From Magnetococcales bacterium (lineage in GTDB: Bacteria; Pseudomonadota; Magnetococcia; Magnetococcales; UBA8363), in contig JADGCQ010000010.1 in NCBI GenBank assembly GCA_015228925.1, forward strand, positions 1,128 through 65,127: a stretch of 64,000 bases of DNA, read 5' to 3'. This document shows positions 46,562 to 56,519 of the stretch, in pieces (position 1 is the first letter of the stretch; each line of letters starts with the position of its first letter). The translations under genes were made by a program, and so were the position numbers. Below the pieces are notes generated by a model, which saw nothing but the letters and a program-made list of their open reading frames with translations, made no database searches and was not told the origin of the DNA.

Positions 46562-47238
46562 TTCTTCCCCTTTTCCAGAAGGAACACCGCGACTGGGGCC
46601 AGCAGGTTGGAGATTGTCCGGGGGAGGATTCTCACCAGATGTCTTTTCAACGGGCTTCGGGGAAGTCCGCCCCAGGCGGCCAGGGGAATTTGTTTGATGA
46701 TATTGATTTCCATCTGCCGACAGAGATCCTGGAAATCGAGAATGGAACACATGCGAATATTGGGGGTGTCGAACCATTCGTAGGGGAGCATGGGGGTTTT
46801 GGGCATTCGGCCCGAAATCAGGAGTTGCGTCCGTATGTTCCAATGGCCAAAATTGGGAAAGGAGACGATAATTTTTTTCCCAACGCGCAACATTTCGTGG
46901 ATGACAAACCGTGGCCGACGTACCGCCTGGAGCGTCTGGGATAGGATGACATAATCAAAGGTGCCGTCAGTGTGGTCTGACAGCCCCTGGTCGATGTCGC
47001 CGTGGTACACGGGGAGACCACGGGCGATGCAGGCATGCATCCCCTGGGTGGAGATTTCCACGCCAAAACCACGGGCGTTTTTGTTATTGATCAGATATTC
47101 CAACAGCAAACCGTCGCCGCAACCAAGATCAAGGACGCGCGCCCCATCGGCGACCAAGCTGGCGATGATCTCCTGGTCGATGCGCAGATCGGAGGCGTCG
47201 GTGGCATGGATGGGAGCGATGTCATGGTATTGCGTCAT
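46558..47238 (-). CDS. metW: methionine biosynthesis protein MetW
   Basis: 226 aa. SAM-methyltransferase-fold motif VLDLGCGDGLLLEYL. 4-nt overlap with metX upstream, the canonical metXW pair. Confidence 0.85.
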   Translation of the reverse strand: MTQYHDIAPIHATDASDLRIDQEIIASLVADGARVLDLGCGDGLLLEYLINNKNARGFGVEISTQGMHACIARGLPVYHGDIDQGLSDHTDGTFDYVILSQTLQAVRRPRFVIHEMLRVGKKIIVSFPNFGHWNIRTQLLISGRMPKTPMLPYEWFDTPNIRMCSILDFQDLCRQMEINIIKQIPLAAWGGLPRSPLKRHLVRILPRTISNLLAPVAVFLLEKGKK

Positions 47239-48521
47239 GCGGGGCGATCCTTGTGATGCCGACGGTGCAGTTCTTCGTCGTAGAGCCGATTGATGAACGT
47301 GGCGATGGAACGGCTGTATTCCAGGTCTGGCAAAAGGAATGAATCATGTCCGTGGGGGGAGTGAAACTCTTGGTAGGAGACGTTCTTCTGGTGCAAATTC
47401 AGGATACGGACGAGTTCTTTGGAGCGGGAACTGTCAAAACGCCAGTCGGTATCAAAGCTCATGACGAACAGGCGGGCATGGACCTTTTGCAGCCTTTGGG
47501 CGGTGGTTTCGGGATCGGGGAACGGATCAAAATAATCCATCGATTTGGTGATATACAGATAGGTGTTGGCATCAAACTTTTTGCCGAAGGTCGATCCCTG
47601 GTATTTGAGGTAGGATTCGACGGCGAAATCGGTTTCCAATGCGAAGGAGAACTGTTCCCGGTTTTGGAGTCGGCGTCCAAATTTTTCGTGCAACCCTTTT
47701 TCCGACAGATAGGTGATATGGGCCATCATGCGGGCGACGGAGAGTCCGCGTTCTGGTTTGGGGCCGTGATAATAATCGCCGTTGTTGAAATCGGGATCTT
47801 GGGTGATCGCTTGCCTTGCGACGGCGTTGAAGGCGATATTTTGTGCCGATAGGCGGGGGGTGGAGGCGATGATCAGGGCACCGCCGACACTTTCGGGGTA
47901 ATCGAGTGCCCATTGCAGGGCGATCATCCCTCCCATGGATCCTCCGGCGACGGCGAGGACTTTTTTGATTCCCAGGTGGTCGAGCAACGCCTTTTGGAGG
48001 CGAGCGATATCACCGATGGTGATCAGGGGAAAGTTGAGGGCGTAGGGTTTATTGGTTTTGGGATCGATGCTGGAGGGGCCGGATGTCCCGTCGCAGCCGC
48101 CAAGATTATTGGAGCATAGAATAAAAAAGCGGTTGGTATCAAACGGTTTTCCGGGACCGATGTAGCTATCCCACCAACCGGTTTTGGTGTCATTGGGGTG
48201 ATGGTGTCCGGCGGCGTGGGCGTTGCCGGAGAGGGCATGGCAGATCAGAATGACGTTGCTCAGGGTGTCATTGGGTGTGCCATAGGTTTCGTAGGCGACG
48301 GTGATGGGTTGCAGGGTGGCACCGCTGTCGAGTTTCAGGGGGTCGCCCTGTTCAAACAACGTCACCGTCTGGGTTGTCACCAGGCCTATAGATTGGGCAG
48401 ACTGGCCGGAATCGGGTCGATGTGAGGATGTGTGGTCCATGGGCCTTCGATCAAAAGGATTGTTACCATCCGACGGTGGGATCTTCCATTCATTTTTCCT
48501 TTGCGTCAAGTGCTTGTCCAC
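47235..48521 (-). CDS. metX: homoserine O-acetyltransferase MetX
   Basis: 428-aa alpha/beta hydrolase. ILICHALSGNAHAAG, nucleophile elbow AGGSMGGMIALQWA, HSPHGHDSFL. The N-terminal ~40 aa may precede the true start. Confidence 0.88.
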   Translation of the reverse strand: MDKHLTQRKNEWKIPPSDGNNPFDRRPMDHTSSHRPDSGQSAQSIGLVTTQTVTLFEQGDPLKLDSGATLQPITVAYETYGTPNDTLSNVILICHALSGNAHAAGHHHPNDTKTGWWDSYIGPGKPFDTNRFFILCSNNLGGCDGTSGPSSIDPKTNKPYALNFPLITIGDIARLQKALLDHLGIKKVLAVAGGSMGGMIALQWALDYPESVGGALIIASTPRLSAQNIAFNAVARQAITQDPDFNNGDYYHGPKPERGLSVARMMAHITYLSEKGLHEKFGRRLQNREQFSFALETDFAVESYLKYQGSTFGKKFDANTYLYITKSMDYFDPFPDPETTAQRLQKVHARLFVMSFDTDWRFDSSRSKELVRILNLHQKNVSYQEFHSPHGHDSFLLPDLEYSRSIATFINRLYDEELHRRHHKDRPA

Positions 48522-48643
48522 ATCCTAGGCCATGGACAGGGTGTGGCATTCTCATCCCACCTTGACCACGACGGGTGTTTTATGGAAATGATCGCCATTT
48601 TGTCCATGGCGGCGGTTTCAATTTAAGGATGAAGGGGTGACCA

Positions 48644-51600
48644 TTGTCCGAGACACCACAAGCATCTTCCATTCTGCTGTCCCATCTGCATGGGCTGAGC
48701 GATCCCCACAGAAAAATTTTGCAATTGGTTGCCATTGCTTTTGATGTCATTCCGGCATCCTTGGTGGTGGCTTGTCTGAAAAAACTGAAAATCAAGCAGT
48801 CCAATGCCGGTTGGTTTAGTGTCAGAACCTTGCAGCCCTATATTGAGTCTTTGATTGCCATGGGTTTGCTCAAACGGGATTTGGATACGGGATTTCATTT
48901 TCGGATTGTCCCGACCATTGCCGATGCTGCGGTGCTAGAGGCGGTGGCGGATGGGGTGTTTGCCGATTTGATGCGGGTCATCGAAGGGGAATTGCCGTCG
49001 GTGCTGCATTCTGGCGGCGTGGGCGGGATGCCGCGTTTGTTGAGTTTTGATCGGGCTGTGCGGGAGATTCGTCTGGGGTTGCTGACGGGGGATGAGGAGC
49101 GGGTATTTCGTTTTCTGGGGTATGCCGCCAGCCAACGTTCTGAAGAGTATCGCAGGAATCCCCCGTTGGTTCGGTTGTGTGCCGAGCCGTGGGATCTGGA
49201 GCGGATGGCGGCGTTGCCATTGGGGATTCAGGTCAAGGCTTTGGAGGAGATGCTCACCTTGGCGTTGTTGAATCTGGACCCGGTGGATGGTTTTGGAAAA
49301 CTCCTGGAGATGCACCGTCATCAACCCTGCGCCAAAAACGGACCCGAATTGCGTGCCTTGTACATGATTGTCCTGTTGATTCAGGGGCGGTTGCAAGAGG
49401 CAGTGGATTTACTGGCGAATCACAAAACCAGACCTGTGGGGGCCGAGATTGTTTTCAAGGGGTGGATCGATTTTTTGAAGGGGAAAAATCGGCAGGCGAT
49501 TGCGACCCTCGATAAGATGGTATTGCTCCTTGACGATTTCCGGCTGATGAGCAAACACAATCCATTTCCTTATTATTGGGGCGGTTTATTTTTGTTGCTG
49601 GGGTTGTTGAAACAGGGGAAGGGGGAAGCCCGTCAGCATGTGTTGAATATTGTGCAACGGATGGAACGCAATCCCAACAATCCTCTGACTTCGGCCTGTC
49701 AGGCGATGCGGGCGGTGGCTTTGGCGCGGGGAGGAGATTCCGATCATGCTCTGTTGATCTTGGGTTATCGGGCCGAAACGGCCAAAGAGGGGCTTCCATG
49801 GCTCCGTTCCGAGATGGTGACCCCGCTCATGCCGGTTCGGGAAGGGGGGTGGAATCCGGCGTTGCCCAAAGCGGTGTTTTCGTGGCGTGCGGATGGCTTG
49901 CCCGAATTGTTTCGCATGATGGCTTTGTATTGGATCGATCATGAGGTGGCGGCGGTGGCGGCGGTTGTGGCGCATGTCACGGCGATTCACAAACGGGCCT
50001 TGGCGCATGATTATCCGTGGGTGGCGATGGAGACGGCGGCCTTGTTGGGGCGGTTGACGGAGCGGGATGATTGTCGTGAGACCCAGGAGGGCTTGGAAAA
50101 ACGGTTGGGTTTTTCCTGCGTGACGGCGCAGATTCAGCGTGAGGAACGATGGGAACAAACGTTGTCGGCCCTGATGAACCTGTTGGGGCGGGGGACAGAC
50201 GATTCGAGCGGCGATTCTTTTTTGAGTGGCAACCGGCGGTTGGTTTGGCTCATCGAAACCCATGGTCATCGTGGCAGCATCCAGGCACGGGAACAGACCC
50301 TTTCCGACACGGGGGAATGGAGTCGGGGCAAGGCGTTGTCGGCGCGGCGGCTCCATGGTGCCGAGATCCACAATTGGGGGTATCTCACCCCCCAGGACAT
50401 CAAGATATGCGCGGCGATCCGTCAGGAGTACATCTATAACGGCACCCGCTATGATTTTGATTGGGCGGGGGCGATGTTGGCCATGGTCGGGCATCCCCAG
50501 GTGTATTGGCTGGACAATCCCACGACGACCATCGAGGTGATTCGCGGGGAGCCGGAATTATTGGTGAATGAACACAATGGCCGGGTCCGTATCCGCTTTG
50601 CCCACAAGATTGAGGGGCCGGGGGTGCTGGTGTTGCGGGAGGGGGAGCGTCGTTGTCGGGTGATCGAAATCACCGGCGAACACCACAAGATCGCCGACAT
50701 CCTGGGACCGGAGGGGTTCAACGGTCCCGAAACCCAGAAGGGACGGGTTATGGGGGTGGTGGCGCGATTGGCCAACCTGGTGACGATTCAATCCACGGTG
50801 GATGTTGAAGCCGATGGGGAAGAGTTGGCGGAGGTGGAGGTTGATTCGCGTCCTCGGTTGCAGTTAGTCCCCAATGGTGCTGGATTATCGGCGCGTCTGT
50901 TGGTTCGTCCTTTGGGCACATCGGGTCCATGGTCCAGGCCGGGCAAGGGGAGTGTGGTGATGTTTGCCGAACGGGATGGCCAACGGGTGAAGGTCCGCCG
51001 CGATTTTCAACAGGAAAAACGGTTGGTGGAGGAGCTGGTGGGGCTATGTCCCGCGTTGGCGGGTCGTTCGGTGGACGATTGGTCGTGGACGTTGGGCAAG
51101 GTGGAGGACTGTCTGGAACTGTTGGCGGAGCTTCAGGAGGCGGGGGACAAGGTTGTGGTCGAATGGCCGGAGGGGGAGCGGTTTCGGCTGGCCAACAAGG
51201 TGACCATGGATCGTTTGCAATTAAAAATTCGCCGGGAGCGGGATTGGTTTGCGGTGTCGGGGACGGTGACGCTGGACGATGCCTTGGTGTTGGAGATGGG
51301 GCAGTTATTGAAAATCACCAAGGCAGGCGGGCGGTTTATCCCTTTGGGCAATGGCCAGTTTGCCGCCTTGACCGAAGCATTTCGCAAGCGGTTGGCCGAA
51401 ATGTTGGACATGGGGGAGGAGGGTTCCAAGGGGTGGAAGGTCCATGCGTTGACCTCACCATGGCTCAAGGAGATGGCGGGGGAGAGTGGCCGGGTTGTTG
51501 GGGACAAACATTGGAAGGAGCAGGTAGCGCGCCTGGATGCGATGGAATCGGGGGATGCGGCGGTCCCTTCGACTTTTCAGGCGGAACTGAGGGAGTATCA

Positions 51601-52972
51601 GATCAAGGGATTTCAATGGTTGCATCGATTGTCGGTTTGGGGGGTGGGAGGATGTTTGGCGGATGACATGGGGTTGGGCAAGACGTTGCAGGCGATGGCG
51701 TTATTGCTGCATCGCGCCCCGGATGGTGCTGGATTGGTGGTGGCCCCGACATCGGTATGTACCAATTGGGAGGCGGAAATCAAACGGTTTGCCCCCACCC
51801 TCAATCCGGTGATTTTGGGGGGGCCGAACCGTGCGGAACGGGTTTCGGGGTTGAAGGCGTTTGATGTTTTGATCGTGAGTTATGCCTTGCTCCAGATTGA
51901 AGAGGAACTGTTGGGGACGGTGATTTGGAACACCATTGTGTTGGATGAGGCGCAGGCGATTAAAAATCGGATGACCAAACGGTCTCGCGCCGCCATGGCG
52001 TTGCAGGGTCATTTTCGCTTGATGACCACGGGTACCCCCATCGAGAATCATCTGGGGGAATTATGGAATTTATTCCGTTTTTTAAATCCTGGTCTGTTGG
52101 GGTCGTTGGAGCGGTTTAACGAACGGTTTGCCATCCCCATTGAACGCTTTCGGGATCGGGAGGCGTCCCAGCGGTTGAAGACGCTGATTCGTCCTTTCAT
52201 TCTACGGCGGACGAAAAATCAGGTACTTCAGGAATTGCCGCCGTTGACGGAGATTGTGTTGCATGTGGAGATGGGACCGGAGGAGTCCGCCTTTTATGAA
52301 TCGTTGCGGCAGCGGGCCATGGCCGCTTTGGAGGGGGCGGATGATGCGGGAGATGGGCAGAATCATCTGGCGATTTTGGCGGAGTTAATGACTTTACGCC
52401 GTGCGTGTTGCAACAGTCGTCTGGTACAATCGAGTTTAGTATTGCCCAGTGCCAAGCTGGAGACATTCAAGGATGTGGCGCGGACGCTGTTGGACAATCG
52501 GCACAAGGCGTTGGTATTCAGTCAATTTGTCGGTCATTTGACCATTATTCGGGAATTCTTGGTGGCCGAGGGGATTTCATTTCAATATTTGGATGGCTCG
52601 ACCCCGGTGGCCAAGCGCAAGGAGAGTATCGACGCCTTTCAGAGCGGGGTGGGGGATTTCTTTTTGATCAGCCTCAAGGCGGGTGGGGTGGGGTTGAACC
52701 TGACGGCGGCGGATTATGTGATCCATATGGATCCCTGGTGGAATCCGGCGGTCGAGGATCAAGCCTCCAATCGGGCGCATCGGTTTGGCCAGAGGCGTCC
52801 GGTGACGGTATATCGGCTGGTGACCCGTGGGACCATCGAGGAGAAGATTGTTGAACTTCACGCGCAAAAACGCGATTTGGCCGATGATCTTTTGGAAGGG
52901 GGGGATATGAGTGGTCGTTTGAGTGCCGCCGAATTGTTGGGGCTGATCCGTATGCCGATGAACGGCGCATGA
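48644..52972 (+). CDS. SNF2-family ATPase/helicase with a ~950-aa uncharacterised N-terminal region
   Basis: 1442 aa, TTG start preceded by AAGGATGAAGGGG. C-terminal SNF2 motifs LREYQIKGFQWL, LADDMGLGKTLQA, LDEAQAIKN, LMTGTPIENHL, ALVFSQF, LISLKAGGVGLNLTAA, WWNPAVEDQASNRAHRFGQ. Confidence 0.88.
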   Translation: MSETPQASSILLSHLHGLSDPHRKILQLVAIAFDVIPASLVVACLKKLKIKQSNAGWFSVRTLQPYIESLIAMGLLKRDLDTGFHFRIVPTIADAAVLEAVADGVFADLMRVIEGELPSVLHSGGVGGMPRLLSFDRAVREIRLGLLTGDEERVFRFLGYAASQRSEEYRRNPPLVRLCAEPWDLERMAALPLGIQVKALEEMLTLALLNLDPVDGFGKLLEMHRHQPCAKNGPELRALYMIVLLIQGRLQEAVDLLANHKTRPVGAEIVFKGWIDFLKGKNRQAIATLDKMVLLLDDFRLMSKHNPFPYYWGGLFLLLGLLKQGKGEARQHVLNIVQRMERNPNNPLTSACQAMRAVALARGGDSDHALLILGYRAETAKEGLPWLRSEMVTPLMPVREGGWNPALPKAVFSWRADGLPELFRMMALYWIDHEVAAVAAVVAHVTAIHKRALAHDYPWVAMETAALLGRLTERDDCRETQEGLEKRLGFSCVTAQIQREERWEQTLSALMNLLGRGTDDSSGDSFLSGNRRLVWLIETHGHRGSIQAREQTLSDTGEWSRGKALSARRLHGAEIHNWGYLTPQDIKICAAIRQEYIYNGTRYDFDWAGAMLAMVGHPQVYWLDNPTTTIEVIRGEPELLVNEHNGRVRIRFAHKIEGPGVLVLREGERRCRVIEITGEHHKIADILGPEGFNGPETQKGRVMGVVARLANLVTIQSTVDVEADGEELAEVEVDSRPRLQLVPNGAGLSARLLVRPLGTSGPWSRPGKGSVVMFAERDGQRVKVRRDFQQEKRLVEELVGLCPALAGRSVDDWSWTLGKVEDCLELLAELQEAGDKVVVEWPEGERFRLANKVTMDRLQLKIRRERDWFAVSGTVTLDDALVLEMGQLLKITKAGGRFIPLGNGQFAALTEAFRKRLAEMLDMGEEGSKGWKVHALTSPWLKEMAGESGRVVGDKHWKEQVARLDAMESGDAAVPSTFQAELREYQIKGFQWLHRLSVWGVGGCLADDMGLGKTLQAMALLLHRAPDGAGLVVAPTSVCTNWEAEIKRFAPTLNPVILGGPNRAERVSGLKAFDVLIVSYALLQIEEELLGTVIWNTIVLDEAQAIKNRMTKRSRAAMALQGHFRLMTTGTPIENHLGELWNLFRFLNPGLLGSLERFNERFAIPIERFRDREASQRLKTLIRPFILRRTKNQVLQELPPLTEIVLHVEMGPEESAFYESLRQRAMAALEGADDAGDGQNHLAILAELMTLRRACCNSRLVQSSLVLPSAKLETFKDVARTLLDNRHKALVFSQFVGHLTIIREFLVAEGISFQYLDGSTPVAKRKESIDAFQSGVGDFFLISLKAGGVGLNLTAADYVIHMDPWWNPAVEDQASNRAHRFGQRRPVTVYRLVTRGTIEEKIVELHAQKRDLADDLLEGGDMSGRLSAAELLGLIRMPMNGA

Positions 52973-53004
52973 AATATTGATGAAAAAGAACAACCGGGGG
53001 GATT

Positions 53005-56000
53005 ATGGCTTATACATGGTTGCACCTTTCCGACATTCACATGGGATGCCGTGGAGAAGAAATCCGCAGACAGGTGGATGCGGAGTTTAAACCCCACCTT
53101 CAGAAGATGGTGAAACGGCTGGGGGCACCGGACATGATCCTGCTGACCGGGGATCTGGCCTTTAGTGGCAAGGAGGAGGAATACAAGCAGCTTGATGCGT
53201 TTTTGGCGGCACTGACAGGATGGATCAGGGAGATCCAGCCCGATGCCCCCCCGCCGATTTGGGTACCGGTGCCGGGCAACCATGATCTGGCTAGGCCCGA
53301 TAGAAATGATTTGGTCCTGGACTTTGCCAACTTGAAACAAGTAGCGGATGGGGATGAGTCTGTACGCCACGGTTTGGGCCAACGTTTTTTCTCGAAAAAA
53401 AATGTCCAGCTTATCGCCCCGCTGTTCCAGGCGTACCAGGATTGGTTTGCCCATAAGGTGAAACCGGGTTGGGAGGGCAGGGACTTTCATCTTTCCCATT
53501 TCCCCGGTGACTGGTGCCTGGAGTTGAACCTGCCGGACCGTTTTCCTTTGCGTCTGGTCGGTTTAAATTCTGCCTGGATGCATTTGGGAGACGGCTTTGC
53601 CCATCAAAAACTGGGGCTTTTCACCCAACAATTACAGGCAGCTTTGGGAGAGAATAAAAACCTGGAATTTGCCCAGGGACCAGCACTGTTATTGCTGCAC
53701 CATCCCCCCTTGACATGGTTTTCATCCAAAGCACTCACGCGGTTCAAGGAAGAAATATATACCCCAAAACGTTTTCACGCCTGCCTGTTTGGCCACATGC
53801 ATGATGAAAACACGACCGTGATCTTTGAGGCGGGCGGACCGCCACGCTATTATCTTCAAGCCCCCTCCCTGTTTGGTGTGGAAAAACTGGGTACTTCCCA
53901 AGAGGAACGTCGGTTTGGTTATGGTTGGGGTCGGGTGACGCAGGAGGGGGAAATTTTCACTTGGCCTTTTCTGCGGGGCAAACATGGCGGGGAGCAGCAA
54001 TTTATTTGGAACTCCAACTTTTCCGGCAATGTGGAAACCGGCCATCCGTTCCGAACCAAGATGCAAGCGGTCGCTACCGTGCCGACTGTCGATCTTAAAC
54101 CCTGGCTCCGTTCCCTTCACGACCGCACCAGACATATCAAGATCAGCGGCATCGGCTCCGGCGGTGGGAGTGGCAAGAATGCCAACCTTTATCCCATCGA
54201 GCAGCTTTACACGGTTCTGAAAAGTCGTGATGTTGTAGAGGGTGGTGATCCTCTTCGTGCCGAAGAGGTCAATCTGGCCGACCTGTTGCCCAGGTACCAG
54301 CGGTTGTTCATCGAGGGGCAGCCGGGGGCGGGCAAGACGACGTTTCTGTATCTGGCCGCCGCCATGTTGGCCAAGGATCTGTTGGGAGAGGCTGGCCCGC
54401 AAGGGGAATCCTGGCGTAAACGATATTTGGGGATGGATGACCGCCAGGAAGCACCGACCCCTCTTTTTCTAAAATTATCGGAGTTGGCGGCATGGCTGGC
54501 TGATCCTAAAACACCCCAAAAAGCGGACGACCGTTTTCGCTTGTTGGATTTCCTCCAGACCACAGCCGATGCCGGGAAAGAAGACGCTTGGCGGGAGCAT
54601 TGGCAATGGTTGTTGGATGCGGGACACGCCATTCTCCTCCTGGATGGTCTGGACGAGGTGGCGGACGAAAGGGTGCGCGAACGGGTATTCGCCATTTTTC
54701 AGAATGCGGCGACCCATTGGCAAAAAATCGCCATCATCGTCAGCAGCCGTCCCTTCGGTGCGGAGAGGCTCACCGCAATGGGTTTTCACCGAACGGTGAT
54801 CGAACCGTTTGGCGCAGTTCAGGTCCGGGAGTTCATCAACCGTTGGTCGGCGGCCCTGTATGGCCATGCCATTGGCGAGCAGCCCACCGGCGAAGCGGGT
54901 AAACATACCGAAACTTTGGAAAAGGCGATTCTTGACAAGCCCACCATCCGCAAGTTGGCCTCCAATCCCGTCATGTTGACCTGCCTGTGCGTGGTTCATT
55001 GGAACGAAGGGCAATTGCCGGAAGGGCGGACGCGGGTTTATAAGGCGGTAATCCGTTGGTTGCTGGGGAGTCGGGAAGAGCAACGAACCAAAGCGGGATG
55101 CACCAACCGTTTTGCCCTGGAGGCTTTTTCCGCCATTGCCTTGACCATGATGGGAAACAGCAAGGGTGATAAGAAGGCCATCTTCGATTTGGAAGAGGCA
55201 GCCGTCGCCGTCGAGTCGCTCCATGCACGCCATTTCCCGAAAGTCACGATGGACCGGCTGATTTTGGTTCGGGAATGGGTCCGTTTTGAGTGTTTGTATA
55301 GTGGCATTCTGGAGGAGACGAGCCGAAACCGTCTCCGTTTCTGGCATTTAACCTTCCAGGAATATTTGGCGGCGCAAAACTTGGCTTGGATGAGCGATGA
55401 CAAGGACAATGGCTGGTGGTCGGTTGTCAAAAACCGGCTGGAAAACGCCCAGTGGCGGGAGACGGTAGATTTGTTTCCGGGGGCATTGTTTGATGAGGGG
55501 GGCGGACGCCGGGTGGATGAGTTACTGACGCGGGTGCTGAAAAAATATCCCGGTAATGATTTGGCGCAGGATGCCCGCAAGGCCGGTATTTTGGGGCGGA
55601 TCCTGGAGCCGATGAGGGTGTATGAATATCAGCCCAAGCCGGAAATTCAAGCTCAGTACCGGGAGGTGCTGGACCGGGCTATGGACATCTTCGAGCCGAA
55701 GGGGGCGGCCAGAGTCCCTATTGCCGTGCGCCTTCCGGCGGCGGAGGCGTTGGGCCAGGGGGGAGATCCCCGTTTTACCGGGGATCGCTGGCGGGAAGAC
55801 CTGATCAAAGTCCCCGGCACAGCCATCGCCTTGGGAAAATATCCGGTGACGGTGCAGGAATACCAACGGTTTGTCGAGGATGGCGGTTATGACAATCCCG
55901 ATTATTGGCAGGAAGATCGCGCCTGGACTTTCCGCCAAGCTGAGAAATGGCAGGAACCGGATGAGTGGGCCAATCAGTTGGACCATCCCAACCGTCCGGT

Positions 56001-56469
56001 AGTGGGGGTCTGCTGGTATGAAGCGGCGGCTTATTGCGTGTGGCTCGGCAGGAATAAAGGTGTCAAGTTTTTCTTGCCCGAGGAGAAGGATTGGGAAACA
56101 GCCGCTACCCCTGCCCAAGGGGAATATCCCTGGGGTAAGCCGGGCCCGACCCCGGAGTTAGCCAACTATGGTGATGGCCAGATTGGCGCACCGACGCCGG
56201 TGGGTCTCTATCCCGTCGGCAATGGTCCCTACGGTCATTGTGATCTGGCGGGCAACGTTTGGGAATGGTGTGCTAGCCCGGGGGAGGGTGATGATGTGTC
56301 TGACGAGGAGATTCAAAAGTACGGACTACCGAAGGTGCTTAAGGGCGGGTCCTGGTACTACGCGGCTGGCGACCTCCGCGCTGCTGGGCGTAACGGGAGC
56401 CGTGCCGATTACCGCCTCGTCGGTCTGGGCTTTCGCGTCGCCGCCCCCGCCAGCATGATTGATCCTTGA
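53005..56469 (+). CDS. DGR target 1: metallophosphoesterase-NACHT/STAND NTPase-FGE-sulfatase (C-type-lectin fold) protein with C-terminal VR
   Basis: 1154 aa; no signal peptide seen. Calcineurin-like motifs LHLSDIHMG, LLTGDLAFSG, VPGNHD, LLLHHPP, LFGHMH. Walker A IEGQPGAGKTTFL (nt ~54316-54342), Walker B ILLLDGLDEV. C-terminal FGE fold PVVGVCWYEAAAYCVWLG, LAGNVWEWC, KGGSW...LGFRVAAP. The last 42 codons carry VR1. Confidence 0.85.
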   Translation: MAYTWLHLSDIHMGCRGEEIRRQVDAEFKPHLQKMVKRLGAPDMILLTGDLAFSGKEEEYKQLDAFLAALTGWIREIQPDAPPPIWVPVPGNHDLARPDRNDLVLDFANLKQVADGDESVRHGLGQRFFSKKNVQLIAPLFQAYQDWFAHKVKPGWEGRDFHLSHFPGDWCLELNLPDRFPLRLVGLNSAWMHLGDGFAHQKLGLFTQQLQAALGENKNLEFAQGPALLLLHHPPLTWFSSKALTRFKEEIYTPKRFHACLFGHMHDENTTVIFEAGGPPRYYLQAPSLFGVEKLGTSQEERRFGYGWGRVTQEGEIFTWPFLRGKHGGEQQFIWNSNFSGNVETGHPFRTKMQAVATVPTVDLKPWLRSLHDRTRHIKISGIGSGGGSGKNANLYPIEQLYTVLKSRDVVEGGDPLRAEEVNLADLLPRYQRLFIEGQPGAGKTTFLYLAAAMLAKDLLGEAGPQGESWRKRYLGMDDRQEAPTPLFLKLSELAAWLADPKTPQKADDRFRLLDFLQTTADAGKEDAWREHWQWLLDAGHAILLLDGLDEVADERVRERVFAIFQNAATHWQKIAIIVSSRPFGAERLTAMGFHRTVIEPFGAVQVREFINRWSAALYGHAIGEQPTGEAGKHTETLEKAILDKPTIRKLASNPVMLTCLCVVHWNEGQLPEGRTRVYKAVIRWLLGSREEQRTKAGCTNRFALEAFSAIALTMMGNSKGDKKAIFDLEEAAVAVESLHARHFPKVTMDRLILVREWVRFECLYSGILEETSRNRLRFWHLTFQEYLAAQNLAWMSDDKDNGWWSVVKNRLENAQWRETVDLFPGALFDEGGGRRVDELLTRVLKKYPGNDLAQDARKAGILGRILEPMRVYEYQPKPEIQAQYREVLDRAMDIFEPKGAARVPIAVRLPAAEALGQGGDPRFTGDRWREDLIKVPGTAIALGKYPVTVQEYQRFVEDGGYDNPDYWQEDRAWTFRQAEKWQEPDEWANQLDHPNRPVVGVCWYEAAAYCVWLGRNKGVKFFLPEEKDWETAATPAQGEYPWGKPGPTPELANYGDGQIGAPTPVGLYPVGNGPYGHCDLAGNVWEWCASPGEGDDVSDEEIQKYGLPKVLKGGSWYYAAGDLRAAGRNGSRADYRLVGLGFRVAAPASMIDP
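56343..56452 (+). repeat. DGR variable repeat VR1
   Basis: Gap-free match to TR 57794-57903 with 14 mismatches, all at TR adenines (hand alignment). Lies in the last 42 codons of the 53005-56469 CDS. Confidence 0.9.
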
Positions 56470-56498
56470 TTTTTTTGATTTTTGTCCTTTGTGGGGGT

Positions 56499-56519
56499 CC
56501 AGGGGGCGCAGCCCCCTGG
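56499..56519 (+). promoter_or_regulatory. GC hairpin 29 nt downstream of the VR1-gene stop (candidate DGR target-recognition hairpin/cruciform)
   Basis: CCAGGGGGC-gca-GCCCCCTGG: 9-bp perfect stem, 3-nt loop. The same element at the same spacing follows VR2. Confidence 0.7.

Noticed and set aside
48522-48643. Possible SAM riboswitch or leader upstream of metX, and an att-like repeat of tRNA-Lys.
   Set aside because: I could not recognise a SAM-II/SAM-V consensus or any copy of the tRNA 3' end by eye. A covariance-model search (Rfam) would be needed.
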